A stretch of 64,000 nt of DNA from an uncultured Planctomycetaceae bacterium (GTDB lineage Bacteria > Planctomycetota > Planctomycetia > Planctomycetales > Planctomycetaceae). How positions within the stretch are numbered: position 1 is the stretch's first letter; each line of letters starts with the position of its first letter. Below, piece by piece: positions 28,388 through 38,679 of the stretch. The translations under genes and the position numbers were made by a program. The notes beneath the pieces are model-generated. The model made no database searches. It had not been told where the DNA came from and saw only the letters and a list, made by a program, of their open reading frames with translations. The stretch covers positions 62,001 through 126,000 of the forward strand of contig CAXBME010000012.1 in assembly GCA_963976765.1 (NCBI GenBank), in the 5' to 3' direction.

Positions 28388-31300
28388 TCAGCGACCGATC
28401 GACGTCGCAGCTCCGCTCTTCTTCTTCATGTCGGCGTAGAACTTGAGGTTTGTTCTGCCGACAACATTTGCCAGCGCTTCCGTCAATTCAGCGTTGCAGG
28501 TGACCTTCATCTCCTGAGGCGGCATCAGTGTGTAGCGAATCTGGCCGCCGGGATTTTCGTCGTCGGGCGAGTCAACAAACAGGTAGACCGAAGTCTTGCC
28601 GGGGTAACGTTCGATAACTTCCTTCGTGCGTCGAACATCTGCTTCGGTATGTAGTCCTCGTTTGAAATTGATCGTCAGATGGCGAGTAAACTGCTTCTCG
28701 GCATCTTCGAGAGTGAGAAACTGATTCACGATGACGTTGGGTTCGCGGCCTCGGCGATCGACTCGACCACGAATGATGCAAATTGCCTCGGTCACGACTT
28801 TGTCTTCCGCCCGTGCGTAATCTTCCGGCCAGATAATGCACCGCACGATTCCCGTTGAATCCTCAAAGTCAAAGTTCGCATAACGTGTGTGGCCGTTTCG
28901 GCTGGGTTTTTTAGTTGCGGCTTTTTTTATGGACGAGATCATGCCGCCGATCAGGACGTCCGAACCGTCTTCCATTTCGCCGAGTTCTTTATTCGTGTGC
29001 GTGACCAGCCGAGTGAGCCGGTCGCCGAGTTGCGTCAGTGGATGACTCGTCAGATAGAAGCCGAAAACCTCTTTTTCGCCAGCCAGCTTTTGAGCCTGAG
29101 TCCAGTCTTCAGCTTCCGGCAGGCTTGAGCTACCACTGGATTCATGACTGTCGTCGCTTCCAGAATCGTCACCAAAAAGGCTTTTCTGGCCACGAGCTTT
29201 GTCTTTGGCTTTCTTCGCGGCTCCGTTAACCGCACTTTCGATGACGAGCATGTGCTGGCCACGGTTTGGCCCCAGTTGATCGAGTGCTCCGGCCTTGATC
29301 AAAACTTCGAGAATGCCCTTCGACATGCACTTCGGATCGACTCGTTCCGCCAGGTCGTAGATGTCCTTGAACGGTCCTCCTTCTTCTCGAGCCTTGACCA
29401 TCGCTGCCATTGCGTCTTCGCCGAGACCTTTGACAGCTCCGAGTCCAAAGTAGACTCGTTTGGTTCCGTCTTCGTCGGCTTCAACAGCGAACTCGACGTG
29501 CGACCGGTTAACGTCAGGGGGGACGACTTCGATGTTCTGTCGACGAGCGTCGTCGGTGTGTTCCTGAATTCGATTGCTGTCTTCCATGCCGCAACTGAGC
29601 AGCGCGGCCATGAATTCGTATGGGTAGTGAGCCTTCAGATAAGCTGTCTGGTAAGAGACCAGTCCGTACGCCGTCGAGTGTGATTTATTGAAACCGTAAC
29701 CGGCGAACTTCTCGATCAGCGTGAAGAGGTTGTCGGCGATGGAGACATCGATATCCCGTTCTTTAGCGCCGGCAAGATACTCCTCTTTGAACTTGGCGAT
29801 GACCGACAGCTTCTTTTTACTGATCGCTTTAATGCACTGATAACCCTCGCGGAGTCCCAGGCCGCCGACCCGGTTCAGAATCCGCATGACCTGTTCCTGG
29901 TAAACCATCACGCCGTAGGTTTCTTCCAGAACCGGGTCAACGACCGGATGAATCTTCGCGGGTTCTTTGCGTCCGTTTTTCACGTCGACATAGTCCATGA
30001 CCATGCCGCCTTCGAGCGGCCCTGGCCGGTACAAAGCGCTCGTCGCGATGATGTCTGCAAACGCGTCGGGCTTCATTTTCTGAAGCAGGTCGCGGATGCC
30101 GCCGGATTCGAACTGGAAAATGCCTTTGGTTTCCCCTCGCTGAAGTAGCGCGAAGGTTTTCTCATCATCCAGCGGAAATTTCAGTGGGTCAATTTTCTTG
30201 CCAGTTGTCTTCTCCACGTTCTTCACGGACTTATGCAGAATCGTCAGGTTGCGAAGACCCAGGAAGTCCATTTTCAGCAGGCCGGCCATCTCGACGTGCG
30301 GACCGTCCCACTGTGACACGAGGTCTTCCTTGCCGGAGATTCGCTGCAGCGGCAAACGCTCGATCAGTGGTCCGTTTCCGACGACGACTCCGGCAGCGTG
30401 GGTTCCGACGTTGCGAACCATGCCTTCCAGCCGGTGCGCGATTTCGATCATCTGGGCGACCTGCTCGTCCTGGTTCACCAGATCGCTGAGTTCCGGACTT
30501 TTTTCGACAGCCTCGCGAACCTTGATGCCAAGTTCGTCGGGAACCATCTTCGCAATTTCGTTGATCCTCGCCGGAGGAAACCCGAACGCTCGCGACACAT
30601 CCCGCACAGCGGCTTTTGCCTTCAACGTACCGAACGTACCGATCTGACAAACGCTGTCGGCCCCGTATTTCTCCTTTGTATAGTCGATGACTTTCTGCCG
30701 ACCGTCGCGGCAGAAGTCGATATCGATATCGGGCGGTTCTGCCCGGTTCGGGTCGAGAAACCGTTCAAACAGCAGGTCGTACTTCAGCGGGCAGACATTG
30801 CTCAGCCGCAGCAGGTAAGTGACAACCGCCCCTGCCGCCGAGCCTCTCGCACCACACGGAATGTCCTCTTCCATCGAGAATCGTACGAAGTCCCATACGA
30901 TCAGGAAGTAGCTCGAGTACCCCATCCGCTTGATGACGTCGAGTTCGTAGTCAAGCCGCTCCTGGAAACCATCCGGCGTGCCATCGGGGTAGCGTTCCGG
31001 AATGGCTGCAATGCAGAGTTCCCGCAGGTACTCGCTGTCGGTTTTGTTGTCTGGCGGCGAGAAGACGGGATAGTGCTTCGGATTTTCGTCGAGCTGAATA
31101 TCGCAGCGGTCAGCGATTTCCTGCGAACGAGCGACGGCGTCTTCGAAACCCGGAAACGCCTCGTACATTTCTTCGGGCGTACGGACGAAGAGCTGGTCTG
31201 TCTTCATCTTCATGCGGTTTTCGTCAGACCGCAACGACAGCGTGCTGATGCACAGCAGAACGTCCTGAGCTTCGGAATCTTCCTTGTTGAGATAGTGAGC

Positions 31301-31930
31301 GTCGTTCGTCGCGACCAGCGGCAGACCTTTCTTATTGGCCATGTCCACCGTCATGTCCATACAGTCTTTTTGGATCTGAATGCCGGCGTTCTGAATCTCC
31401 ATGTAGAAGCGGTCGCCGAACACCTTCGAATACCACTCGGTCAGCCGCTCGGCTTCGTCCATCCGATCCTGCAGCATTAGTTGAGACAGCTCGCCCGCTG
31501 CGCAACCAGACAGGCAGATAATCCCCTCGTTGCATTCTTCCAGCAGTTGTTTGTCGATGCGTGGCTTATAGTAAAACCCTTCCAGATACGCCTTCGACGT
31601 CAACTGGATCAGGTTGTAAAAACCGGTCCGATTCATCGCGAGCAGCGTCAGGTGGTTAGCCGCCTCTTTCTGCCGGGACGCTCCAGTTCGATCGAATCGA
31701 CTGCCTGGCGCAATGTAGGCTTCCAGACCGACGATCGGGTTAATTTCCTGAGCTCGGCAAGCGTTGTAGAACTCGAACGAGCCGTACATATTGCCGTGGT
31801 CGGTCGTCGCGACGGCGTTCATTCCCGAATCTTTGACCTTCTTCAGAAGATCCTTCATCCGGGTCGCACCGTCGAGTGTCGAATAGGTCGTGTGGCAGTG
31901 CAGATGAGCAAACGGTCGAGCATCAGACAT
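28388..31930 (-). CDS. dnaE: DNA polymerase III alpha subunit
   Basis: PHP domain HLHCH...TDHGN; RGSAAG; PDIDIDF; KMDFLGL; GYGFNKSH; OB fold. Confidence 0.98.
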   Translation of the reverse strand: MSDARPFAHLHCHTTYSTLDGATRMKDLLKKVKDSGMNAVATTDHGNMYGSFEFYNACRAQEINPIVGLEAYIAPGSRFDRTGASRQKEAANHLTLLAMNRTGFYNLIQLTSKAYLEGFYYKPRIDKQLLEECNEGIICLSGCAAGELSQLMLQDRMDEAERLTEWYSKVFGDRFYMEIQNAGIQIQKDCMDMTVDMANKKGLPLVATNDAHYLNKEDSEAQDVLLCISTLSLRSDENRMKMKTDQLFVRTPEEMYEAFPGFEDAVARSQEIADRCDIQLDENPKHYPVFSPPDNKTDSEYLRELCIAAIPERYPDGTPDGFQERLDYELDVIKRMGYSSYFLIVWDFVRFSMEEDIPCGARGSAAGAVVTYLLRLSNVCPLKYDLLFERFLDPNRAEPPDIDIDFCRDGRQKVIDYTKEKYGADSVCQIGTFGTLKAKAAVRDVSRAFGFPPARINEIAKMVPDELGIKVREAVEKSPELSDLVNQDEQVAQMIEIAHRLEGMVRNVGTHAAGVVVGNGPLIERLPLQRISGKEDLVSQWDGPHVEMAGLLKMDFLGLRNLTILHKSVKNVEKTTGKKIDPLKFPLDDEKTFALLQRGETKGIFQFESGGIRDLLQKMKPDAFADIIATSALYRPGPLEGGMVMDYVDVKNGRKEPAKIHPVVDPVLEETYGVMVYQEQVMRILNRVGGLGLREGYQCIKAISKKKLSVIAKFKEEYLAGAKERDIDVSIADNLFTLIEKFAGYGFNKSHSTAYGLVSYQTAYLKAHYPYEFMAALLSCGMEDSNRIQEHTDDARRQNIEVVPPDVNRSHVEFAVEADEDGTKRVYFGLGAVKGLGEDAMAAMVKAREEGGPFKDIYDLAERVDPKCMSKGILEVLIKAGALDQLGPNRGQHMLVIESAVNGAAKKAKDKARGQKSLFGDDSGSDDSHESSGSSSLPEAEDWTQAQKLAGEKEVFGFYLTSHPLTQLGDRLTRLVTHTNKELGEMEDGSDVLIGGMISSIKKAATKKPSRNGHTRYANFDFEDSTGIVRCIIWPEDYARAEDKVVTEAICIIRGRVDRRGREPNVIVNQFLTLEDAEKQFTRHLTINFKRGLHTEADVRRTKEVIERYPGKTSVYLFVDSPDDENPGGQIRYTLMPPQEMKVTCNAELTEALANVVGRTNLKFYADMKKKSGAATSIGR

Positions 31931-32019
31931 CGCGTCGCATCCCTTCGAGATTTCATTTCCAGAGCACAGTCCGAAAGTTTATCGCCCCGCCTGGCGACGG
32001 CACAGTTACTGGTTGAGGG

Positions 32020-32057
32020 AAATAAAAAACGCCGGAGTTCATTCGAACTCCGGCGTT
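32020..32057 (-). terminator. Intrinsic terminator after the Gfo/Idh/MocA gene
   Basis: AACGCCGGAGTTC-ATTC-GAACTCCGGCGTT with a T-tract on the minus strand. Confidence 0.88.
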
Positions 32058-32099
32058 GCTCACCAGCACGAAACTGATCTTCTGACAGGTCGCCAGGAA

Positions 32100-33470
32100 C
32101 TACATGTTGATCTCGAAGCCTCTGCGGTATTCCCGTGAGAGGAACGAGTTTGCCTGATCATCACCGATGATTTCTCGCTTGACCGGATCCCAGTTGAGTG
32201 CTCGACCGAGGCGGATGGCGATGTTGGACAGGTGACAGATTTCGAGCATCCGGTTGTGGCTCCAGACGTCCGAAATCGGCTGCTTGCGGGACTTCATCCC
32301 TTCGATGAAGTTCGCGGTGTGGTTGGCGCTGATCGGACCGCCATAGACCTCTTCGAGCGCTCCGTCCGGCAGCGGGTTCGACTTCAGTTCCTCGACCGGT
32401 TTGCCAACAATCTTGCCGCGGTTGACGAAGAACCGCCCCTTGTCCCCTTCAAAGAGAATGCCGTTATCGCCTTCGTTGGTGATCAGCAGTTCGACTCCGT
32501 TTGGCATATCAGCCTTGATGTTGTATTCGGTCGCGATGTCGTACTGATCATCGACGACTGCGTAGCCATCTTTGTACTCGACTGGCAAGGTGTAGTTGAC
32601 CGGCGTCACTTTGCTCGGCCCTGTGTCACCTGCACCGAGTGCCCAACAGGCGATATCGACGTGATGGGCACCCCAGTCGGTCAGTTTGCCGCCAGAGTAA
32701 GCGTGCCAGTTACGGAACGAGTAGTGGCAATTGCTGTAGAGCGGAACGCCTCCACCGTAACCCTGCCGCATTTCAGGCAAAGCTCGGTATTCAACTTTCG
32801 GCGCTGGTCCCAGCCAGAAATCCCAGTCGATGTTCTCAGGCACCGGAGCAACCGGAATCTTCGGAGATGGTCCGAAGCCGCCGATACCACAGGTCACATT
32901 TTTCACCGTGCCAATTCGACCGGCTCGTATCAACGCAACGGCCTGGATGAAGCGGTGCGCGGATTCTGTCCGCTGCATCGTACCGACCTGAAAGACGCGA
33001 CCGGTCTGCTTGACGACCTGTTCGATCAGCTTGCCCTCGGCAATCGTCAGCGTCAGTGGCTTTTCACAGTAGACGTCTTTGCCGGCGAGCATCGCTTCGA
33101 TGGCGACCTTGGTATGCCAGTGGTCGGGTGTGGCGATCATGACCGCGTCGATGTCTTTGCGGTCAAGCACCTTGCGATAATCCTTGTACGAATCCGGAGC
33201 CTTGCCCTGAGCCTGCTTGACCTTCTCAACATTGTCGCCAAGCACTGTCGAATCGACGTCAGCCAGCGCGGCGAAATCGGCAAACTTGAACGACTTGCTG
33301 GTAATCGCCCAGCCCTGGTTGCGCAGGCCGATTGTCGCGAAAACGGGCCGCTCGTTTGGAGACTCGTACCCAAATGCCCGTTGCCCACGGGGCAGGAACA
33401 GGCTGGCTGCTCCGGCGACCGCCGTTGTATTCAGAAACTGACGGCGCGTTGTCTGATTTAGAACTGACAT
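32100..33470 (-). CDS. Gfo/Idh/MocA oxidoreductase with Tat signal
   Basis: TRRQFL; IATPDHWH; DVYCEKP; DWGAHHVD. Confidence 0.95.
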   Translation of the reverse strand: MSVLNQTTRRQFLNTTAVAGAASLFLPRGQRAFGYESPNERPVFATIGLRNQGWAITSKSFKFADFAALADVDSTVLGDNVEKVKQAQGKAPDSYKDYRKVLDRKDIDAVMIATPDHWHTKVAIEAMLAGKDVYCEKPLTLTIAEGKLIEQVVKQTGRVFQVGTMQRTESAHRFIQAVALIRAGRIGTVKNVTCGIGGFGPSPKIPVAPVPENIDWDFWLGPAPKVEYRALPEMRQGYGGGVPLYSNCHYSFRNWHAYSGGKLTDWGAHHVDIACWALGAGDTGPSKVTPVNYTLPVEYKDGYAVVDDQYDIATEYNIKADMPNGVELLITNEGDNGILFEGDKGRFFVNRGKIVGKPVEELKSNPLPDGALEEVYGGPISANHTANFIEGMKSRKQPISDVWSHNRMLEICHLSNIAIRLGRALNWDPVKREIIGDDQANSFLSREYRRGFEINM

Positions 33471-33682
33471 GGAGATAATTCCTTCAAGAAAGCGTTCGGG
33501 AAACGTGCCAGCAGACAGGCCGGCGCGCATCAGATCGAAATTACGTTGAAAGCAGCGACGACTGCAGAACTAAATGCAGCACGACACCACAAACATGCGA
33601 GAAAATACCGAAAACGAACTGCCATCTGTACTCGCAGGACGGCCATTATTCAACATCGTCACGACCAGCCACTTCGCCAGAC

Positions 33683-34288
33683 TCAGATTGTCGTCGGTTC
33701 CCACAAGGTGATCTCGTCAGGATTCGTTCGTAAGTTGCACCAGTAAACGGGCACCGAATTGGAAATTACTGATCGAAATACCGGATCGACACCTTTTTCC
33801 TGTTGAGTCGACAACACGTCGCCCACTGGCATTTCGATCGACTTGGCGAGCACAAGCGACGCAACTTTCCACTGATTTGCCAGCCATCCGGCAATCGTGT
33901 CTGACGTACAGTCCCAGCCGGACGGCAACGGCGTCGTTGCTCGTTCTGCCGTCTCTTCAATGACGGGGCGAGGGTCCAGAATCATCGTCGTGGTTAAGAT
34001 GCTGGCGTCATGCGCTTCGACATAGCTGCTCACCAGTTGGGCGTCGGGAAGAAGTTGCGCCAGCAGTCGAGCGGTCAGGCTCATCGAATCGATGGCCAGC
34101 CAGTGTGAAGCTTCGGTGTCCAGACCATGAATACCGTCCCAGCTTCGAACGAGATCAGCCGACGGACCGCCACCGACGAGGAGCATGACGCGATCCGCAG
34201 TGATGTTTCCCAGCATCGTCTTCAATCGACCGGACAAGTCCGGCAGCGTCAACAGGCTGCCCCCAACCTTGACCATAAATGTCCTCAT
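33683..34288 (-). CDS. Amino-acid-kinase-family protein, MfnE/Orf21-like (methanofuran-type cofactor pathway)
   Basis: VKVGGSL, VGGG, SHWLAI.SM, W.CTSD match the MJ0458/MfnE pattern. GAGAGG RBS before ATG 34288. Confidence 0.75.
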   Translation of the reverse strand: MRTFMVKVGGSLLTLPDLSGRLKTMLGNITADRVMLLVGGGPSADLVRSWDGIHGLDTEASHWLAIDSMSLTARLLAQLLPDAQLVSSYVEAHDASILTTTMILDPRPVIEETAERATTPLPSGWDCTSDTIAGWLANQWKVASLVLAKSIEMPVGDVLSTQQEKGVDPVFRSVISNSVPVYWCNLRTNPDEITLWEPTTI

Positions 34289-34808
34289 TCGACCTCTCAT
34301 TCCCGTCCCGCTTCGAGTTTTTGCCCAAGTGAAAAATTGTAAGACTGCTTCCCCGTAGCCAGAGTCGGATCGCTCCGGTGATAACGGTTGCTCTGTTATT
34401 TCATCCTGACAAGATGGCAGGCAACGCGAAATTGATTCGATCCAACCAGCTCCTTGCAAAAGACAATTCGACAGTCATTCAACCTGAAAACATAGGAAGT
34501 TCGAAAGCCTTCGACGATCCGGAAAAGACGGGCTAAATTGAAAAGTCCCGGTCGAACGATTTGTCGGCAGACATCCTGGAATTCCGCCGGCAGGCCACAT
34601 CGTCCTGATGGTGTAACGTGTACTTTTATTGACGATTGCGGGCCGATGAGTTCTTGAGGCAACCTCGAAAACAATTTCGCGTCGTGCCAAATTCGATATT
34701 TCAAGTTAGACTCAGAATTCTTACTCACTCGACTTAACCTGTAAGCATGGTTCGAGTTCAACGCACCTCATCGGTTTTCCCGTTTCGTCCGTCGATCGAT
34801 CGCCTCTC

Positions 34809-36467
34809 ATGAGCATCACTATCCAGGAGTTTCTCAATAATCTGACGGAGAGCAATCTTCTGTCAGACGACGAGATCGCCACGATTCACGATTCGATCGG
34901 CTCTCGCCCTGACGTGAAGTCGGCGGAGAGTTTTGCGCGGGAACTTGTCCGAAACGATCACCTGACGAAGCTGCAGGCCGCGGCTGTACTCAAGGGAAAG
35001 ACAAAGAACCTGGTCTTTGGCGAGTACGTCGTGCTGGAAAAAATCGGTTCCGGCGGCATGGGGCAGGTCTTCAAGGCCCGGCACCGACCGACCGGCAAAC
35101 TGGTTGCCGTCAAAGTGCTCTCTGCAGATGCCGTCAAAAATCGTCGGTTAATCGAGCGTTTCAAAAAAGAAGCCCGAGCCGTCGCGCGGCTCAAACATCC
35201 GAACATTGTCCGCGCCTACGAAGCAGGAAAAATCAATCGAATCCGCTATCTCGTCATGGAATATGTCGAAGGCGAAAACATGCTGGCTCGGGTCAAACGG
35301 AAAGGCCCGCTGCCGATTGACGAGTGCGTTCGCAGCGTGCTCGAAGCGGCGCGAGGGCTCGACTATGCCCACCAGAAAGGGGTCATCCATCGCGACATCA
35401 AACCGTCCAACCTGCTCCGAGATAAGACAACAGCGCGCGTTAAAGTGCTGGATATGGGGTTGGCTCGAGTTGATGAGCCCGACGAAGACGAGATTCGTCT
35501 GACCATGCCTGGGCAGATGCTCGGCACGGCGAGATTCATGTCTCCTGAACAGGTCGAGGACGCTCGAAAAGCGGACGTACGGTCCGACATTTATTCGCTG
35601 GGCTGCACGTTGTATTTCCTCTTGCGGTCTAAAGCGCCGTACTCAGGCGAGACCGTCGCGCACACGCTGATGGCTCACGTCAGTGCTCCGATTCCGGACC
35701 TCTGCCAAAAGCGACCGGACGCTCCAGCGTGGCTCGGAGACGTGTTTCAGAAAATGCTGGCCAAGAAACCTCGCGACCGATTTCAGACGATGGGGGAACT
35801 GGTTGAGACGATCCAGCATCACCTGGGTGAAGACCTGACGAAGCACGACAGCAGCGAAGAATCGATCGACGCTGAAGACGAACTCGCAAGGTTGATTGCG
35901 AAGCGCGGCAACGAAGGCGAGTCGCTGGAAGAACTCTTTAGTGAAGATGGCGAAGCGGCTGGAGCGACCGCCGAAGAGTTCGCGAACCCGGACGCTCCTG
36001 CAGGGGCTCACCTCGTTCACTCAACAGAGCAGATTGATGAGGATGCTGGCGTTTCAACATTCGGAAAGCGTGACGATCCGATCGGGCTCGAAGACGAGGA
36101 CGTTGACTTCGCGGGAGTTGACGACGACGCTGACGAATCTCAAAAGATGCAACCAATCAATTCTGCCGAAGCGGAACTCGCTTCCGTCCAGTCGTTCGAC
36201 CTGAACGCTTCTGAAGAGATGTCAACCGGCGAGTCGGTGACCGATGCAGATGCTGGTGATCGGACTGAAACCTCGCAGGCCGAACGTCGTGACGATTACT
36301 CGGTCAGCGATGAAACCACAGTCGATGGCGATTACGTAAAGAGCAAACTGGCGAATCGTGAGCTTCGCGAGAAACAGGCTACACGGAAATTGCAGATCGC
36401 CGGGCTGGTCGCTGGTGCCGTTATTATTGTCGGCGTTATGGGGTTTCTGATCTTCGGACGAGGGTAG
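34809..36467 (+). CDS. Hanks-type Ser/Thr protein kinase with acidic linker and C-terminal TM
   Basis: IGSGGMGQV, VAVK, HRDIKPSN, DMG, MSPEQ; planctomycete-type N-terminal extension. Confidence 0.95.
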   Translation: MSITIQEFLNNLTESNLLSDDEIATIHDSIGSRPDVKSAESFARELVRNDHLTKLQAAAVLKGKTKNLVFGEYVVLEKIGSGGMGQVFKARHRPTGKLVAVKVLSADAVKNRRLIERFKKEARAVARLKHPNIVRAYEAGKINRIRYLVMEYVEGENMLARVKRKGPLPIDECVRSVLEAARGLDYAHQKGVIHRDIKPSNLLRDKTTARVKVLDMGLARVDEPDEDEIRLTMPGQMLGTARFMSPEQVEDARKADVRSDIYSLGCTLYFLLRSKAPYSGETVAHTLMAHVSAPIPDLCQKRPDAPAWLGDVFQKMLAKKPRDRFQTMGELVETIQHHLGEDLTKHDSSEESIDAEDELARLIAKRGNEGESLEELFSEDGEAAGATAEEFANPDAPAGAHLVHSTEQIDEDAGVSTFGKRDDPIGLEDEDVDFAGVDDDADESQKMQPINSAEAELASVQSFDLNASEEMSTGESVTDADAGDRTETSQAERRDDYSVSDETTVDGDYVKSKLANRELREKQATRKLQIAGLVAGAVIIVGVMGFLIFGRG

Positions 36468-36480
36468 CAGACGAACGGGC

Positions 36481-38460
36481 TTACAGAGATCGAGTCAGGA
36501 AACCCATCTCTGCCAGCCGCTGCTGGATGCCCGGTTCGCTCAGTAGACTTTTGAATGCCGTGACCGCCGGGCGTTCCAGCCGTGCCTTCGGGACGATGAA
36601 GTCGTAGTGCTCATCCTGCAACGGCAGGAATCCGAGTCCGTACGCTGTTGCCACGGTGTCGATCGCCACTCCCCAGTCAGCTCGTCCCTGAACAACGGCG
36701 GTGGCCACAGCGTTGTGCGATTTCGTCTGCACGTTGTAACCCGGCGGTCGCACGTCGCGGAGAAGTCGATCGATCAGCACTCGAGTTCCGCTGCCCGGAT
36801 TCCGATTGATCATTGAACAACCTGAATCTTCATTCGCTCGAGCGATGGCGTCCGCAGCTGTTCGTCCTTCGAATCGATCATCGCTGAGTCGGAACACGAC
36901 GCCCTGCCGACGACGGTATCCAGGGACCAGTTCCAGCGAGCCAGTCAACAAGTGCCGGTTGTACTCTTCGGTGGCTGGATTCATCAGATGCACGCCGGCA
37001 ATGTCACATTCGCCGCGTTTCGCCGCTGCCGCGCCGCCCATGCTTCCAACGTGCAGAACCCTTGAGGTGAATCCTCGCTTCCGCAGCTCTCCAAGCAGAA
37101 AATCCAGACCGACACAGTGACTGCCGATGACCACCAGGTCGGCGGGTGTCAACTCGCGACCGAGCAACGTCACGGAGACTGTCGACCCCTCATCCAGAAT
37201 TTCCGTATGCTGGTCAATTGTGATGAAACCGTCTGCCAGACTGAACGTCGTCACCGAGCCCGACCCTTTTCCCATCGGCCACGCCGAGAGACCGCCTTCG
37301 CTGCGGACCAGGCTGACCAGTGAATACTCGGTCCGTCCCCGATCCGAGTTTACCCGAATTGGCAACGTCGCGTTGACGATCTGACGGTTCTCCGGAGCAA
37401 GCCCCGCCATCTCGCGCAGCACCGGAGCAACGAACTCGTGAAATGTGAAAACGGCTGACGTCGGAAAACCGGGCAGCACGACAATCGGTCGGCCATGACT
37501 CACTGCCAGACAGATCGGCTTGCCGGGTTTCAGCGCCACGCCGTGTGCGACAATTCCCGGATCGGTCAGCTCGCTGACAACCTGGTACGACAGGTCCCCT
37601 GCCCCCTTTGATGTCCCCCCCGAAAGAACAATCGCGTCGCAGTCTTCAGCCGACTGGATGATTTCGCGTAGCCGGTCGACGTCGTCGCGCACCGTGCCCA
37701 GCGGGACAGGTTCGCAGCCAAGTTCAGACACTGCTGCCGCCAGAATCGCGGCGTTGGAATCGTAAACTGAACCTGTCGGCAATACTTCGCCCGGCGCGAC
37801 GATCTCGTTGCCCGTCGACACGATTGCGACACGTGGTTTCTTCCAGACTTCGACCTCGGTCAGACCAAGCGCTGCCAGGACGCCGATTTCGCGAGACGTC
37901 AGTACCTGTCCGAATCTCAGGACCGTCTCGCCGCGAGCGATGTCGGTTCCGGCAAACGTCACCGACTGCCCGGAAGCTACCGAATGAAACACGCGCAGTC
38001 GGGTATCGGAGTCCGTCTGATCGTCATTCGAGTCTGCCGTCTCGGTGTGTTCGATCATGACGACAGCATCGGAGCCGCGTGGCAGCATTCCTCCCGTCGC
38101 GATCGGCGTCGCCGTTCCGCGAAGCACTTCAAGCATTGGTGCGGTTCCGGGCGAAAGTATTTCCGCATTCAGCGTCAGTTCACAGGCCGACTCTTCCATT
38201 GCTCCCGCTGTGTCCGCAGCCTGCACCGCAAACCCGTCGACGTTTGAGCGGTCGAACGCTGGGACGTCAATTTCGGAAACGACATCGACTGCGAGCACTC
38301 GCCCGAGCGAATCGGCTAGCGAGACTTTTTCATGATGCCGCGGCTGCGTATCAAGATGCTGACGAAACCGCTCAGTCGCCTCATCGCGACTGATAACTTC
38401 CAGAAACTGCTTCTGTGAAACAGCGTCCCGCCATTCCTCAGATTTCCGTGACTGCGACAT
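36481..38460 (-). CDS. moeA: Molybdopterin molybdotransferase MoeA fused to a C-terminal PBP domain
   Basis: FDRSNVDGFAV, STGNE, SGGTSKG, KPGKP, LPGFP; GSHC, NRNPGSGTR. Confidence 0.92.
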   Translation of the reverse strand: MSQSRKSEEWRDAVSQKQFLEVISRDEATERFRQHLDTQPRHHEKVSLADSLGRVLAVDVVSEIDVPAFDRSNVDGFAVQAADTAGAMEESACELTLNAEILSPGTAPMLEVLRGTATPIATGGMLPRGSDAVVMIEHTETADSNDDQTDSDTRLRVFHSVASGQSVTFAGTDIARGETVLRFGQVLTSREIGVLAALGLTEVEVWKKPRVAIVSTGNEIVAPGEVLPTGSVYDSNAAILAAAVSELGCEPVPLGTVRDDVDRLREIIQSAEDCDAIVLSGGTSKGAGDLSYQVVSELTDPGIVAHGVALKPGKPICLAVSHGRPIVVLPGFPTSAVFTFHEFVAPVLREMAGLAPENRQIVNATLPIRVNSDRGRTEYSLVSLVRSEGGLSAWPMGKGSGSVTTFSLADGFITIDQHTEILDEGSTVSVTLLGRELTPADLVVIGSHCVGLDFLLGELRKRGFTSRVLHVGSMGGAAAAKRGECDIAGVHLMNPATEEYNRHLLTGSLELVPGYRRRQGVVFRLSDDRFEGRTAADAIARANEDSGCSMINRNPGSGTRVLIDRLLRDVRPPGYNVQTKSHNAVATAVVQGRADWGVAIDTVATAYGLGFLPLQDEHYDFIVPKARLERPAVTAFKSLLSEPGIQQRLAEMGFLTRSL

Positions 38461-38679
38461 GCTTGAAGAAATCCTGCGTTGGTCAAAGCTTCAATGCGAA
38501 TCGGTGGGTGTGTGGCAATCTGTCTGTGGACCGATAATCTACACCTCATTCCAACCTGCCCGTCGATGCGAGACGGGACTGTATCAACACGGCGTCAATC
38601 GGGCGAAACATCCAGCGGCGGTAGTCAGTATTGACGCCTCGCCCAATCGCAACATCTTCAAGCTTCGGAAACGGACTTC

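Noticed and set aside
28388..31930. Possible intein or split in dnaE
   Set aside because: Length of 1180 aa and continuous motifs; no splice-junction or endonuclease motifs seen.
30398..33461. Antisense ORFs of 360 and 409 aa
   Set aside because: Mirror frames of dnaE and the Gfo/Idh/MocA gene.
34674..34690. TGGCACG on the minus strand as a sigma-54 site
   Set aside because: No GC at the -12 position.
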